Below are positions 42,216-51,324 of a stretch of 64,000 nucleotides of DNA, piece after piece. The position numbers were made by a program, and so were the translations under genes. The notes under the pieces are model-generated. The model had not been told where the DNA came from. It made no database searches and worked only from the letters and a program-made list of their open reading frames with translations. The stretch comes from Actinomycetes bacterium. Its GTDB lineage: Bacteria; Actinomycetota; Thermoleophilia; Solirubrobacterales; Solirubrobacteraceae. The DNA lies in contig JAEYAL010000156.1 of assembly GCA_023404805.1 (NCBI GenBank), forward strand, positions 6,298 to 70,297, given 5' to 3'. Numbering within the stretch: the stretch's first letter is position 1; every line of letters starts with the position of its first letter.

Positions 42216-42839
42216 TCAGCCGCGCCCGACGAGTTCGAGCGCAAGCGCGGTGGGCACGCCGCCGTTGATGTTCGCCACGTCCTGCGGGCACGCCGAGACG
42301 ACGACGAGCAGGTCGTCGAGGGCCTGCAAAGTCACGCTGGCTCCCGGCGCGGTGTCGCTGGGCAGCCAGGTCAGCACGCCATCGACCGCCACCGGGATGC
42401 GCATGAAGAGGTTGACGGGCTGCGGCGCGACGGCGGGCACCGGCGCGCCCGCGGCGCGCAGCGCCTGTGCCAGGTTCTCGACGCACGAGGCATGGCCGGG
42501 CGCAGCGCCGAGCTGGGCGTAGCGGACGGGATCACAAGCCGGGATGAGCATGTCGTGGGCGCCCGGCGAGTCGTCGGCGACGAGCTCGAGCAGCGGCCGC
42601 CGCCGCGTGGAATAGAACCGCTCGCCGACCGCCGGAAACAACCGGTCGGTCCGCGCCCGAGTGTGCCCGGCGCTCACATGCTCGTCGTGCCCGGGCTCCA
42701 CGAAGGCGAAGAGGTCGCCGACCTGGCCGCCCTCGACGTCGACCACGCGGAAGGCATCGCCGGCGCGCACGCGCACGGCCCGCGCCGTGCGCGCGGGGAT
42801 CGGCACGACCGCCGGCCGGCTCGTCGGGCGCGTGCTCAC
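42216..42839 (-). CDS. DUF1989 (urea-carboxylase-associated family) protein
   Basis: The GTG at 42839 overlaps the upstream stop (GTGA). VVDVEGGQVGDLFAF, GAHDMLIPACD, PVNLFM and VVVSACPQD match my recollection of DUF1989. Confidence 0.65.
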   Translation of the reverse strand: MSTRPTSRPAVVPIPARTARAVRVRAGDAFRVVDVEGGQVGDLFAFVEPGHDEHVSAGHTRARTDRLFPAVGERFYSTRRRPLLELVADDSPGAHDMLIPACDPVRYAQLGAAPGHASCVENLAQALRAAGAPVPAVAPQPVNLFMRIPVAVDGVLTWLPSDTAPGASVTLQALDDLLVVVSACPQDVANINGGVPTALALELVGRG

Positions 42840-44662
42840 CGGGCTTCGACCGGCGCCCACTCGCCGCCGTCCCGCTTCCAGCCGTCGTACCCCGTATCGA
42901 GGTGCGCCACGTCGCGGTAGCCGAGCTCCCGCAGCGACTTGGCTGCCAGCGCCGAACGCCAGCCGCCCGCGCAGTAGACCACCGTGCGCTGTGCCGGATC
43001 GAGGTAGTCGCGGTGGTACGGCGACCGCGGGTCGGCCCAGAACTCGACGAACCCGCGCGGCACATGCCGCGCCTGCGGGATCGCGCCGTCGCGGACCCGC
43101 TCGCGCTCGTCGCGCACGTCGATCACGAGCACGTCGCCAGCCGCCAGCTCCGCCGCCAGATCCGGCGTCGACAACGCGGGGATCTCGGCGCGGGCCGCGT
43201 CCACGAGACCGCGCACGCCGTGCTCAGACACCCGGGGACGCTCGCGGTGCTCACGCTCGTAGAGCCGCACGACCGCGCGCACCGCCGCGTTGACGGAGTT
43301 GAACACCGGCACGCCGCCACGCCGCAAGATCCGCGCCGGCTCGGTGTCGTCGTACCACGTGTGCACGACCACTGGGACCGGCCCCGCGGCGGCCTGCACG
43401 ATCGCGTGCGCCGCCTCGAGCTCATCGGCGACGAAGTCCTCGGACTGCGCCTTGTAGCCGCCGAACATGCCGCTGAACACGACGGCGTCGACCTCGCCGG
43501 ACTCTGCGACCACGCGGATCGCGGCCGCATAATCGCTGAGCTCGAAGTGCGACCCGCCCGTGATATCGACCGGGTTGCGGCGCGCGGAGGCGCCCGCCGT
43601 CGCCTCGACCAGCGCGGCGTCGACGGCGTCGGAGAGCCGAGGCACCTCGAGCCCGTGGTCGAGGACCGCGCCTGTCCCGAGCACCGCCTGACCGCCGCCG
43701 TCGGCGACCACGCCGACGCGCGGCCCCGCCGGCGTGGCGGTCGCGCGGAGCGTCTCGGCCGCCTCGATCAGATCGGCTGGCGTCGACACGTGCAGGATGC
43801 CAGCGGCGCGAGCCGCCGAGCGCAGCTCGAGCTGGGAAGCGAGCACGGATCCGGTGTGGGCGTGGGCGGCACGGGTCGTCGCCACACCGTCCGGCGGGGT
43901 GAGGAACACGACGGGTTTGCCTGCCGCCGCGGCGTAGCCAGCCGCGTCGATGAGCGCGGGCAGGTCGCGCACCTCCTCGAGGTATGCGCCGATCACATGC
44001 GTCGACGGGTCGTCGGCGAGCGCGCGGAGCAGCTCTGCGGCGGTCACGTCGGCCTGGTTGCCGAACGAAACGAGCCGCGAGAACCCGAGGTCGGAGCGGC
44101 GTCCGAGGGTGACGAGCTCTGTGATCACCCCGCCGCTCTGCGAGATCACGCCCACGTGGCCGCCGCGTGGGTCGTCGAGCCAGGTCATGGCGTCAAGCTG
44201 GCTGTCGTCGACTCGGATGCCGTTGCAGTTCGGGCCGATCAACAGCGCGCCGGCGTCGCGCACCTTCTCCGCGATCCGCGCCTCGAGCTCAGCGCCGAGC
44301 GGGCCCGACTCGCGGAACCCGACCGTGATCACGACGATCGCCTTCGCGCCCGCCGCCAGGGCGGCGTCGACGGTCTCCTCGACGCTGGCCTGCGGCACGA
44401 CCACGATCACGAGGTCCGGCGCCTCGGGCAGCTCGGCGAGGCTGCGGAAGGCTGGCTGGCCCAGGATCTCGCCGCCGCTGCGCGTGACGAGCCGGACGGT
44501 GCGCCGCCCCGCCCCCTGCAGCAGGTTCCGGGCCACGAGGTGGCCCCACTTCGTCGGGTTCGCCGATGCGCCGACGAGCGCGACCACGCGAGGGTCGAAC
44601 AGCGCGTCCCAGTCCCGTTGCGGCGTGGGCGGCGCGGGGGCCGGGGTCTGCGAAAGGGTCAT
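42836..44662 (-). CDS. ADP-forming acyl-CoA synthetase alpha-type (CoA-binding plus CoA-ligase domains) fused to a C-terminal rhodanese domain
   Basis: The internal ATG is at 44662. VALVGASANPTKWG is the CoA-binding motif. GPNCNGI and AAHAHTGSV (phosphohistidine-type motif) are present. The C-terminal ~110 aa has DVLVIDVRDERE...VVYCAGGWRS, a rhodanese active-site loop. Confidence 0.75.
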   Translation of the reverse strand: MTLSQTPAPAPPTPQRDWDALFDPRVVALVGASANPTKWGHLVARNLLQGAGRRTVRLVTRSGGEILGQPAFRSLAELPEAPDLVIVVVPQASVEETVDAALAAGAKAIVVITVGFRESGPLGAELEARIAEKVRDAGALLIGPNCNGIRVDDSQLDAMTWLDDPRGGHVGVISQSGGVITELVTLGRRSDLGFSRLVSFGNQADVTAAELLRALADDPSTHVIGAYLEEVRDLPALIDAAGYAAAAGKPVVFLTPPDGVATTRAAHAHTGSVLASQLELRSAARAAGILHVSTPADLIEAAETLRATATPAGPRVGVVADGGGQAVLGTGAVLDHGLEVPRLSDAVDAALVEATAGASARRNPVDITGGSHFELSDYAAAIRVVAESGEVDAVVFSGMFGGYKAQSEDFVADELEAAHAIVQAAAGPVPVVVHTWYDDTEPARILRRGGVPVFNSVNAAVRAVVRLYEREHRERPRVSEHGVRGLVDAARAEIPALSTPDLAAELAAGDVLVIDVRDERERVRDGAIPQARHVPRGFVEFWADPRSPYHRDYLDPAQRTVVYCAGGWRSALAAKSLRELGYRDVAHLDTGYDGWKRDGGEWAPVEAR

Positions 44663-44691
44663 CGTCGTCCTCCGTGGGCGGATGTGTGGTG

Positions 44692-45894
44692 CTAGAGCCG
44701 GACGAGCCCGTGCGGACGCGGCGTGAGCCGCTCCGCGCCGTCGCCGGTGATCACATAGATGTCTTCGATCTGGTGGCCGCCGAGGCCGCGCACGTAGTAG
44801 GGCGTCTCGAAGCAGACGACCATCCCCGGCTCGAGCGGCCGCAGCTCGGTCGGTGCGAGGAACGGCCCTTGCTCGTCGAGACCGAGGCCGGCGGCGTGGC
44901 CGACGTGGCCGCGCGTATACGTCGGAAGGCCCGCGTCGCGGACGGCGGCCTGGGTCGCGTAGAACACCTCGCTCGCGGGCGTCCCCGCTCGCAGCAGTGG
45001 AACGCCCGCCGCGTGGCCGGCCGCGAGCGCCTCGAGGATCCGCTCCGACCACGGGTGGGGCTCGCCGATCGCGTAGGAGCGCCCGGCGTCGCTGCCGTAG
45101 CCGTGGAGCTCTGCGCCGTAGTCCACCCACAGGGTCTGCCCGTCCTCGATCCGCCGTCCGTCGACCTGCGTCGCGGGCGCCACGTCGCCGCCAGCGGTGA
45201 CGTCGGCCCGCAGCGCGGTGAGGCCTGCGAACTCAGGCGTCTGAAGCGCGGCGCCGTGCACCGCCGCGGCGTACCGCGTCCGTAGCTCCTGCACCGTGCG
45301 CCCGCGCGGGTCCACGCCGAGCACGGCATCCAGGCCGGCGTCGGCCACGCGCGTCGCGCGTCGCAGCAGGTCGATTTCAGCGGGGTGCTTGACGGCGCGC
45401 AGGTCGTAGAAGGCGCCGCTGGCGTCCACGAGCTCGACCTCCGGCGCGGCGCCGGCGAGCGCTGACGCCTCTGCGGCGGTCAGCGCGTCCAGCTCGACGC
45501 CGATCCGGCCTCGCGAGAGGCCGTGGCGCCGCAGCGCCGCCGCTACGACGTCGGCGCTCACGGCGAGGTCGAGCTGGACCGGCTTGGGCCGCACTGCGGT
45601 GCGGCCGGCCTGCAGCGCTTCGAGGTCGTCGATCTCGATCCACGTCGGCACCTCGAACACCTCGGTGCCGTCGGCGCGCGTCTGGGCGGCAGCGCGCGCC
45701 GCCTCCCATGCGCCGACGACGAGGGTGCGCTCACCGCTCGGTTCGAGGACGGCTGCGCCGCCGCTCACTCCGGCGTGCCACGGCCGGAAGCCCGTGAGGT
45801 ACTGCACGTTGTCGAGCGTGAGCGCGAGGAGCCCGTCGAGCGACTCGCGCTCGAGGACCGCTGCAGCTCGGGCCGGATCGAGGAACGACGTCAC
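44692..45894 (-). CDS. M24-family metallohydrolase with a creatinase/prolidase-type N-domain (Xaa-Pro peptidase / creatinase / ectoine hydrolase-like)
   Basis: The GTG at 45894 overlaps the upstream stop (GTGA). KHPAEIDLLRRA is present. Metal-ligand regions are WVDYGAELHGYGSDAGRSY, GHVGHAAG, VCFETP and HQIEDIY. Confidence 0.8.
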   Translation of the reverse strand: MTSFLDPARAAAVLERESLDGLLALTLDNVQYLTGFRPWHAGVSGGAAVLEPSGERTLVVGAWEAARAAAQTRADGTEVFEVPTWIEIDDLEALQAGRTAVRPKPVQLDLAVSADVVAAALRRHGLSRGRIGVELDALTAAEASALAGAAPEVELVDASGAFYDLRAVKHPAEIDLLRRATRVADAGLDAVLGVDPRGRTVQELRTRYAAAVHGAALQTPEFAGLTALRADVTAGGDVAPATQVDGRRIEDGQTLWVDYGAELHGYGSDAGRSYAIGEPHPWSERILEALAAGHAAGVPLLRAGTPASEVFYATQAAVRDAGLPTYTRGHVGHAAGLGLDEQGPFLAPTELRPLEPGMVVCFETPYYVRGLGGHQIEDIYVITGDGAERLTPRPHGLVRL

Positions 45895-47501
45895 GACTGG
45901 AACCAGACGTCTTTGAACCGGTAGTTGCCGAGCGGCAGCCCGGTCCGCGCAGGCTTCAGCCCGCCGAGTTTGGCCGAGTACGCGTCGACGACGTTGTAGA
46001 AGTAGGGGATCAGCAGGCCGCCCCGGTCGTACTCGATCTTCTGGGCCTGGTGCAGCAGCGCGGTGCGCGCCTGGTCGTCCGGCTCCTGCTTCGCTTTGTG
46101 GATCAGCGACGCGAACTCCGCGTCGTCGAAGTGCGTCTCGTTGTAGGGCGCTGACTTCAGATGCGTCGCCGCGACCTGGGCGAAGTACGAACGGGTGGTC
46201 CAGTAGGTCTGGGCGAAATCCCACTTCTTGTAGTTCGGGCCGAAGAAGGTGTCCGTGCCGAGCTTCTTGAGCTTGATCTGGATCCCGGCGGCCTTCGCCT
46301 GCTCGGCGTAGACCTCGGCGAGGTCGACGATCCCCGCCACCTGCGGGGCGGTGACCAGCTCGAGCCGCAGGTCGCTGCGGCCGGCCGCCTTCAGCAGCGA
46401 CTTGGCCTGCTCGAGATCCTGCGCGCGCTGCGGCAGGCTGCGGTCGTAGGCCGGGTCCAGCGGAGAGACGACGTCGTTGGCCACGCGCCCTTCGCCGGCG
46501 AGGACCTGGGCGACGAGCTGGTCGCGGTCGGCGGTCAGCCGCAGCGCCTGCCTCACCCGCACGTCGCTGAGCGGAGACCGGTCGACGCGCAACGTGAACG
46601 CGTGCCAGTTCCCGGTCTCGGCGCGCAGCACGCGGAACCCCTTGTTCGCGTCGATCGTCTTGCGCTGCGCGGGCGGGAGGTCCGAGATCGCGTCGACTTG
46701 GCCGCCGAGCAGCGCGTTGACGCGAGCAGCGTCGTCGGGAAAGTCGATGATGACCAGCTCGTCGACGTACGGCTTGCCGTCCTGCCAGTAGTTCGGGTTC
46801 TTCTTGAACAGGCTCTGCCGGCCGGGTTCGAAGCTCACGAACTGGAACGGCCCGGTTCCGATCGGCTTCTTCGGGTCGTAGTCCGCCGGAACGATCGCGA
46901 CGGTGATCCGCGCGATGTCGTCGCGGAAGTTCGCGTTGGGCTCCTTGAGCGGGATCCGCACGGTGCGCGCGTCGATCTTCTTGAGCGCCCTGGCGTCGAC
47001 CGCGCTCAGGGCGGTCGCCGCGCTTTTCGGGTCCTTGGGATCGAGGATCCGCCGCAGCGACGCGATCACGTCGTCGGCGCCGACCGTGCGCCCGTCGTGG
47101 AACTGGACCCCGTCCCGCAGCTTCACGATCCAAGCGTCGAGGCCGCCGTCGGGCTCGATCGACTCGGCGAGCACGAGCTCGATCCCGAAGTCCAGGTCGC
47201 GGATGGCGAGCGGCTCATAGAGGTTGTTCGCACGGGTGGCGTCGACGAGCGAAGCGTCCGACAGGTGCGCGTCCAGCGTGTCCTGGGGACCGCCGCCAGC
47301 GATGCCGACGCGGAGCCGTCCGCCGGGCTTTGGCGCTCCGCCCGCGGTGGTCGCCGCAGTCGATGTGCCGTCGTTGCCGCAGGCGGCGAGGAGGCCGCCG
47401 GCGCCGAGTAGCACGCCCCCTGCGAGGGCGCTGCGCACGAGGGTGCGCCGGGTCAGCGGGCTGGCGGAGCCGAGGCCGAGGGGATCGTCGTAGGGGGTCA
47501 T
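45891..47501 (-). CDS. ABC transporter substrate-binding lipoprotein, family 5 (peptide/nickel/opine type)
   Basis: The Tat-like N-terminus is RRTLVRSALAGG and the lipobox is LLAAC. The ~530-aa size and overall pattern fit SBP family 5. Confidence 0.85.
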   Translation of the reverse strand: MTPYDDPLGLGSASPLTRRTLVRSALAGGVLLGAGGLLAACGNDGTSTAATTAGGAPKPGGRLRVGIAGGGPQDTLDAHLSDASLVDATRANNLYEPLAIRDLDFGIELVLAESIEPDGGLDAWIVKLRDGVQFHDGRTVGADDVIASLRRILDPKDPKSAATALSAVDARALKKIDARTVRIPLKEPNANFRDDIARITVAIVPADYDPKKPIGTGPFQFVSFEPGRQSLFKKNPNYWQDGKPYVDELVIIDFPDDAARVNALLGGQVDAISDLPPAQRKTIDANKGFRVLRAETGNWHAFTLRVDRSPLSDVRVRQALRLTADRDQLVAQVLAGEGRVANDVVSPLDPAYDRSLPQRAQDLEQAKSLLKAAGRSDLRLELVTAPQVAGIVDLAEVYAEQAKAAGIQIKLKKLGTDTFFGPNYKKWDFAQTYWTTRSYFAQVAATHLKSAPYNETHFDDAEFASLIHKAKQEPDDQARTALLHQAQKIEYDRGGLLIPYFYNVVDAYSAKLGGLKPARTGLPLGNYRFKDVWFQS

Positions 47502-49207
47502 CGAGGGTCCTCGTCGTGAGAGCGTTGGGTGGGTGGTGCGTGGTGGACGTCGTGCCGCACCGGGTGCGGTTCGGGGAAGCGGAGCCGGGGCGCGTCGCGC
47601 AGGAGGCGCACGGTCACGACGCTGCTCGGCGAGGCGAAGACGCTGTCGACCGGGCCGCTCTCGACGACGCGGCCGGCGTCGAGCACGGCGACGCGGTCGG
47701 CGACGGCCTGCACGAGGGCGAGGTCGTGCGCGATGAACAGCAGCCCGAGATCGCGTTCTTGGCGGAGCTCGCGCAGGAGGTCGACGACCTTCGCCTGGAC
47801 CGAGACATCGAGCGAGGCCGTGATCTCGTCGCAGATCAGCAGCTCAGGCTCGGCGGCCAGCGCGCGGGCGATCGCGACCCGCTGCCGCTCGCCGCCACTC
47901 AGCTCGCCCGGCCGTGCCGCAGCGAGCTTGGGCGACAGCGCGACCGCTTCGAGCAAGGCGCGGGTGCGTGAGGCCCGCTCGCGGCGGGGGACGACCTCGA
48001 AGAGGGCGAGCTGCCGTGCGATCGCGTCGCCGACGCTGCGGCGCGGGTTGAGGGAGGCGTACGGGTCTTGAAACACGTACTGGATGGCGCGCCGCGCCTG
48101 GGCGCTGCGGGCGCGGGCGCGAGGCGCGAGCGCGATGCCATGCAGGACCACGGCCCCGGATGAGGGCGGGTGCAGGCCGGCGACGGTGCGGGCCAGGGTC
48201 GTCTTGCCGCTGCCCGACGCTCCGACGAGCGCCACGCACTCGTCGGGCCAGACCTGGAGCTCGATGTCGCGCAGCGCGGGCGCGGTCCCGTGGTCGGCGG
48301 CGAGCCCGCGGACGGCGAGCACCGGCGAGCGCTCGCTCCCCGGCCGGTGGCGGAGCTCCGGCTCGCGGACGAGCGCGTCACCGCCCTCGGCGGCGGCGGG
48401 GGCATGGTCGCCGCCGTCGAGCGTGAGCCGTGGGACGGCCGCGACCAGCTCCCGCGTATAAGGATGGGCGGGCGTCGTCAGGAGTGCCTCGACCGTGCCT
48501 TGCTCGACGATCGCGCCGTGCCGCATCACGGCGATGCGGTCGGCGAGCTCGGCGACGACGGCGAGGTCGTGTGAGACGTAGACGGCGGCGACCGCGTGAT
48601 CGCGGCACAGCTGCTTGATCGTGCGCAGCACGTGGGCCTGCGTGGTGACGTCGAGGCCCGTGGTCGGCTCGTCGAAGACCACGACGGCCGGGTCCGTCAC
48701 GAGCGCCAAGGCGATCGCGATGCGCTGCTGCTGCCCGCCGGAGAGCTCGTGCGGGAAACGCCGCAGGAAACCCCGGTCGGAGGGGAGGGAGACCTCTGCC
48801 AGAACGCGGGTGATCCGCGCGTCGGCGCTCGCCCCGCTGCGTCCGGGATGCGCGTCGACGACCTCACGCAGCTGCGTGCCGATGCGCAGCGCCGGGTTGA
48901 GCGCCGTGGAAGGATCCTGGGGCACGTAGGAGATCACGCCGCCGCGGGCGTCACGCAGCGCGCGACGCCCGAGCGACAACAGGTCGCGGCCGCCGAGCAT
49001 GACCCGGCCGCTGTCGATGCGCGCGCCGCGGCGGGTGTGAGCGAGCAGCGTCAGGACGGTGGTCGTCTTGCCGGAGCCCGACTCGCCGACGACGCCCAGG
49101 ATCTCGCCGGTGTTCGCCTTCAGCGAAACGTCGTCGACGATCACCCGGCCGCTCGTAGGGAGCGACACCCGCAGGCTGTCGGCGCCGATCACCGGGGCGG
49201 CGGTCAT
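47498..49207 (-). CDS. ABC transporter ATP-binding protein with duplicated ATPase domains (DppD/DppF fusion)
   Basis: The internal ATG is at 49207. There are two Walker A motifs (GESGSGKTT, GASGSGKTT) and two signatures (LSGGQQQR, LSGGERQR). Confidence 0.9.
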   Translation of the reverse strand: MTAAPVIGADSLRVSLPTSGRVIVDDVSLKANTGEILGVVGESGSGKTTTVLTLLAHTRRGARIDSGRVMLGGRDLLSLGRRALRDARGGVISYVPQDPSTALNPALRIGTQLREVVDAHPGRSGASADARITRVLAEVSLPSDRGFLRRFPHELSGGQQQRIAIALALVTDPAVVVFDEPTTGLDVTTQAHVLRTIKQLCRDHAVAAVYVSHDLAVVAELADRIAVMRHGAIVEQGTVEALLTTPAHPYTRELVAAVPRLTLDGGDHAPAAAEGGDALVREPELRHRPGSERSPVLAVRGLAADHGTAPALRDIELQVWPDECVALVGASGSGKTTLARTVAGLHPPSSGAVVLHGIALAPRARARSAQARRAIQYVFQDPYASLNPRRSVGDAIARQLALFEVVPRRERASRTRALLEAVALSPKLAAARPGELSGGERQRVAIARALAAEPELLICDEITASLDVSVQAKVVDLLRELRQERDLGLLFIAHDLALVQAVADRVAVLDAGRVVESGPVDSVFASPSSVVTVRLLRDAPRLRFPEPHPVRHDVHHAPPTQRSHDEDPR

Positions 49208-50100
49208 GCGTCGCTCGGCGCTGTCGCGCCGTCGCGTCCGAGGCGCGCCTGCGCGTACCCATCGGCCGCGAGGTTGACGCCGACGGTGAGGGCCCCGATC
49301 GCGATGACTGGGAGGAGCACGCCCCACGGCTGCACGGCGAGCGCCAGCCGGTTCTCGTTGATCATCAGGCCCCAGTCGGCAGCGGGCGGCTGCAGGCCGA
49401 GCCCGAGGAAGCCGAGCGAGGCAACGAGCGCGATCGAGACGGTCAGCCGCAGTCCGACCTCCACGAGCAGCTGGCCGCTCACGTTGGGGAGCAGCTCGTG
49501 CGTCGCGATCCGCCGTCGCGATTCCCCCGCCGCTTCGGCGGCCAGCACGAAGTCGCGCGCGGCCACCTCGAGCGCGGCGCCGCGGATCACGCGGGCCACG
49601 CGAGGCGCGTTGGCGAGCGCGACAAGCACCGTGATCAGCCACAGCTGAGGGCCGAGCGCGGAGACGCCGAGGAGCACGAGGACGAGCTGCGGGATCGCGA
49701 GGAGCCCGTCGTTGGCGCGCATGAGCGGCTCGTCGATCCGGCGTGGCGCGACGGCGCAGAGAAGTCCGAGCAGGGCTCCAGCCGCGACGCCGAGCAGCGT
49801 GGCGAGCGTCGCGACGAGCAGGATGGTCCGGCCGCCGGACAGGAAGCGGCTGAGCACGTCGCGGCCGAGCGCATCGGTGCCGAACGGCGCGCCGTCGATC
49901 GGCCCGGAATTGGGGACTCCGACGAACGCGCCCGGCGCGTGCGGCGCCAGCGCCGGGCCGATGATGGCCAGCCCGACGACCGCCAGCGCCAGCGCGGCGC
50001 CGGTGCGCACCCGTCCGGTCCGCCGGAGCGGCGATTTGAGTACGCCCGTGTCGGCGCGGCGCTCGGCGGCGGGCTTGCGGAGCGGCGGGAGCGCGGTCAT
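49204..50100 (-). CDS. ABC transporter permease (DppC-like)
   Basis: The internal ATG is at 50100. PFGTDALGRDVLSR is present, with a six-TM pattern and the EAA-like loop AAEAAGESRRRI. Confidence 0.85.
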   Translation of the reverse strand: MTALPPLRKPAAERRADTGVLKSPLRRTGRVRTGAALALAVVGLAIIGPALAPHAPGAFVGVPNSGPIDGAPFGTDALGRDVLSRFLSGGRTILLVATLATLLGVAAGALLGLLCAVAPRRIDEPLMRANDGLLAIPQLVLVLLGVSALGPQLWLITVLVALANAPRVARVIRGAALEVAARDFVLAAEAAGESRRRIATHELLPNVSGQLLVEVGLRLTVSIALVASLGFLGLGLQPPAADWGLMINENRLALAVQPWGVLLPVIAIGALTVGVNLAADGYAQARLGRDGATAPSDA

Positions 50101-51113
50101 GCGACCGCCGTCCGCAGCCGCGGGGACGCGAGCGTGGTCGCGACGTCGGCGAGCAGGCCCATGACGACGTAGATCGCCGCCGCGAGCAGCGCGGTCGCCT
50201 GCACGACGGGGAGGTCTCGGCTGCGGACGGCCTCCACTAGCGCCGCGCCGAGCCCTGGCAGGCCGAACACGAACTCGACGACCACGACCCCGCCTGCCAT
50301 CCACGCGACCTGCAGCGCCACCACCTGGATCGCCGGCACGAGCGCGTTCGGCAGCGCATGGCGCAGGACCACCGTGCGTTCTGGCAGGCCGTGGAGGCGC
50401 GCGAGATCGACGTACTCGCTCTCCAGCGCCTCGATCATCGAGCTGCGGACCGTCCTGGCGATGTAAGGAAACGTGGTCGCTGCCAGCGTGAGCACCGGCA
50501 GCACGAGGACGGCGGGGTCGTCGAGGGCGCTCGCGCCGGGCGGGACGAGCGAGACGGCGGGCAGGACGTGGAACACCTGCGTCGAGAAGACGAGGACGAG
50601 GGTGAGCGCGATCACGAACTCGGGAAGCGAGTGGAGGATCAGCGTCACGACGGAGACGGCGTGGTCGCTGAGCCGGTCGCGGCGCAGCGCCGAACCGATG
50701 CCCATCGCCAGCCCGAGCGGCACGGCGACGAGGGTCGCGCCGATCAGCAGCAGCCCGGTGTTCTCGAAGCGGTCGGCCAGCAGCTCGGTCACTGGAATCC
50801 GCGCGGCCGCCGACGATCCCAGGTCGCCCTGCAGGGTTCCGACGAGCCAGGTGGCGTACTGCTGTGGCGCGGTCGCGCCGAGGCCGAGCTGCTCGCGCAG
50901 CGCTGTGAGGCGTTCTGGCGTGGCCTCCTTGCCGAGGATCGCAGTCGCCGCGTCGCCCGGCAGGAGCTGCACAGCAGCGAACACGATCAGCGAGACGAGC
51001 AGGAGCGTGAGCGCGCCGTGCGCGCATCGACGCGCGAGGTACCGGACCGGACCAGCCCAGCGTTGCCAGCGCGGGCGCCGCGTAAAGTCGGAAATGTTGA
51101 TCGGGTACGTCAT
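50097..51113 (-). CDS. ABC transporter permease (DppB-like)
   Basis: RYLARRCAHGALTLLLVSLIVFA...LPGD and YVDLARLHGLPERTV (EAA loop) are present. I place the start at ATG 51113. The ORF track offers an alternative start at 51146. Confidence 0.85.
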   Translation of the reverse strand: MTYPINISDFTRRPRWQRWAGPVRYLARRCAHGALTLLLVSLIVFAAVQLLPGDAATAILGKEATPERLTALREQLGLGATAPQQYATWLVGTLQGDLGSSAAARIPVTELLADRFENTGLLLIGATLVAVPLGLAMGIGSALRRDRLSDHAVSVVTLILHSLPEFVIALTLVLVFSTQVFHVLPAVSLVPPGASALDDPAVLVLPVLTLAATTFPYIARTVRSSMIEALESEYVDLARLHGLPERTVVLRHALPNALVPAIQVVALQVAWMAGGVVVVEFVFGLPGLGAALVEAVRSRDLPVVQATALLAAAIYVVMGLLADVATTLASPRLRTAVA

Positions 51114-51130
51114 GTTTGATGGCGACGATG

Positions 51131-51190
51131 GCATACGATCAAGCAACCATCAACCGAAAAGTTGCCTTATCGGTCAATAGTTGCTCAGGT
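51131..51190. promoter_or_regulatory. AT-richer nested inverted repeats upstream of the ABC/catabolic operon
   Basis: AGCAAC (51142-51147) pairs with GTTGCT (51180-51185). The inner repeat is CAAC-cgaaaa-GTTG (51151-51164). The region sits in a locally GC-poor tract 18-75 nt upstream of the permease start. Confidence 0.35.
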
Positions 51191-51324
51191 TTCCCCGTCT
51201 GGGCCAGCGCGATCGGAAGGGCGGCGAGGCACGCCGGACCCGGAGCGGTCCGCGGGTGCGGCGCAACGGCGAGGGGCACGGGTGCACGAGGCGCCGGCGT
51301 CCGCCGACAGCCAGGTGCCGGCGC

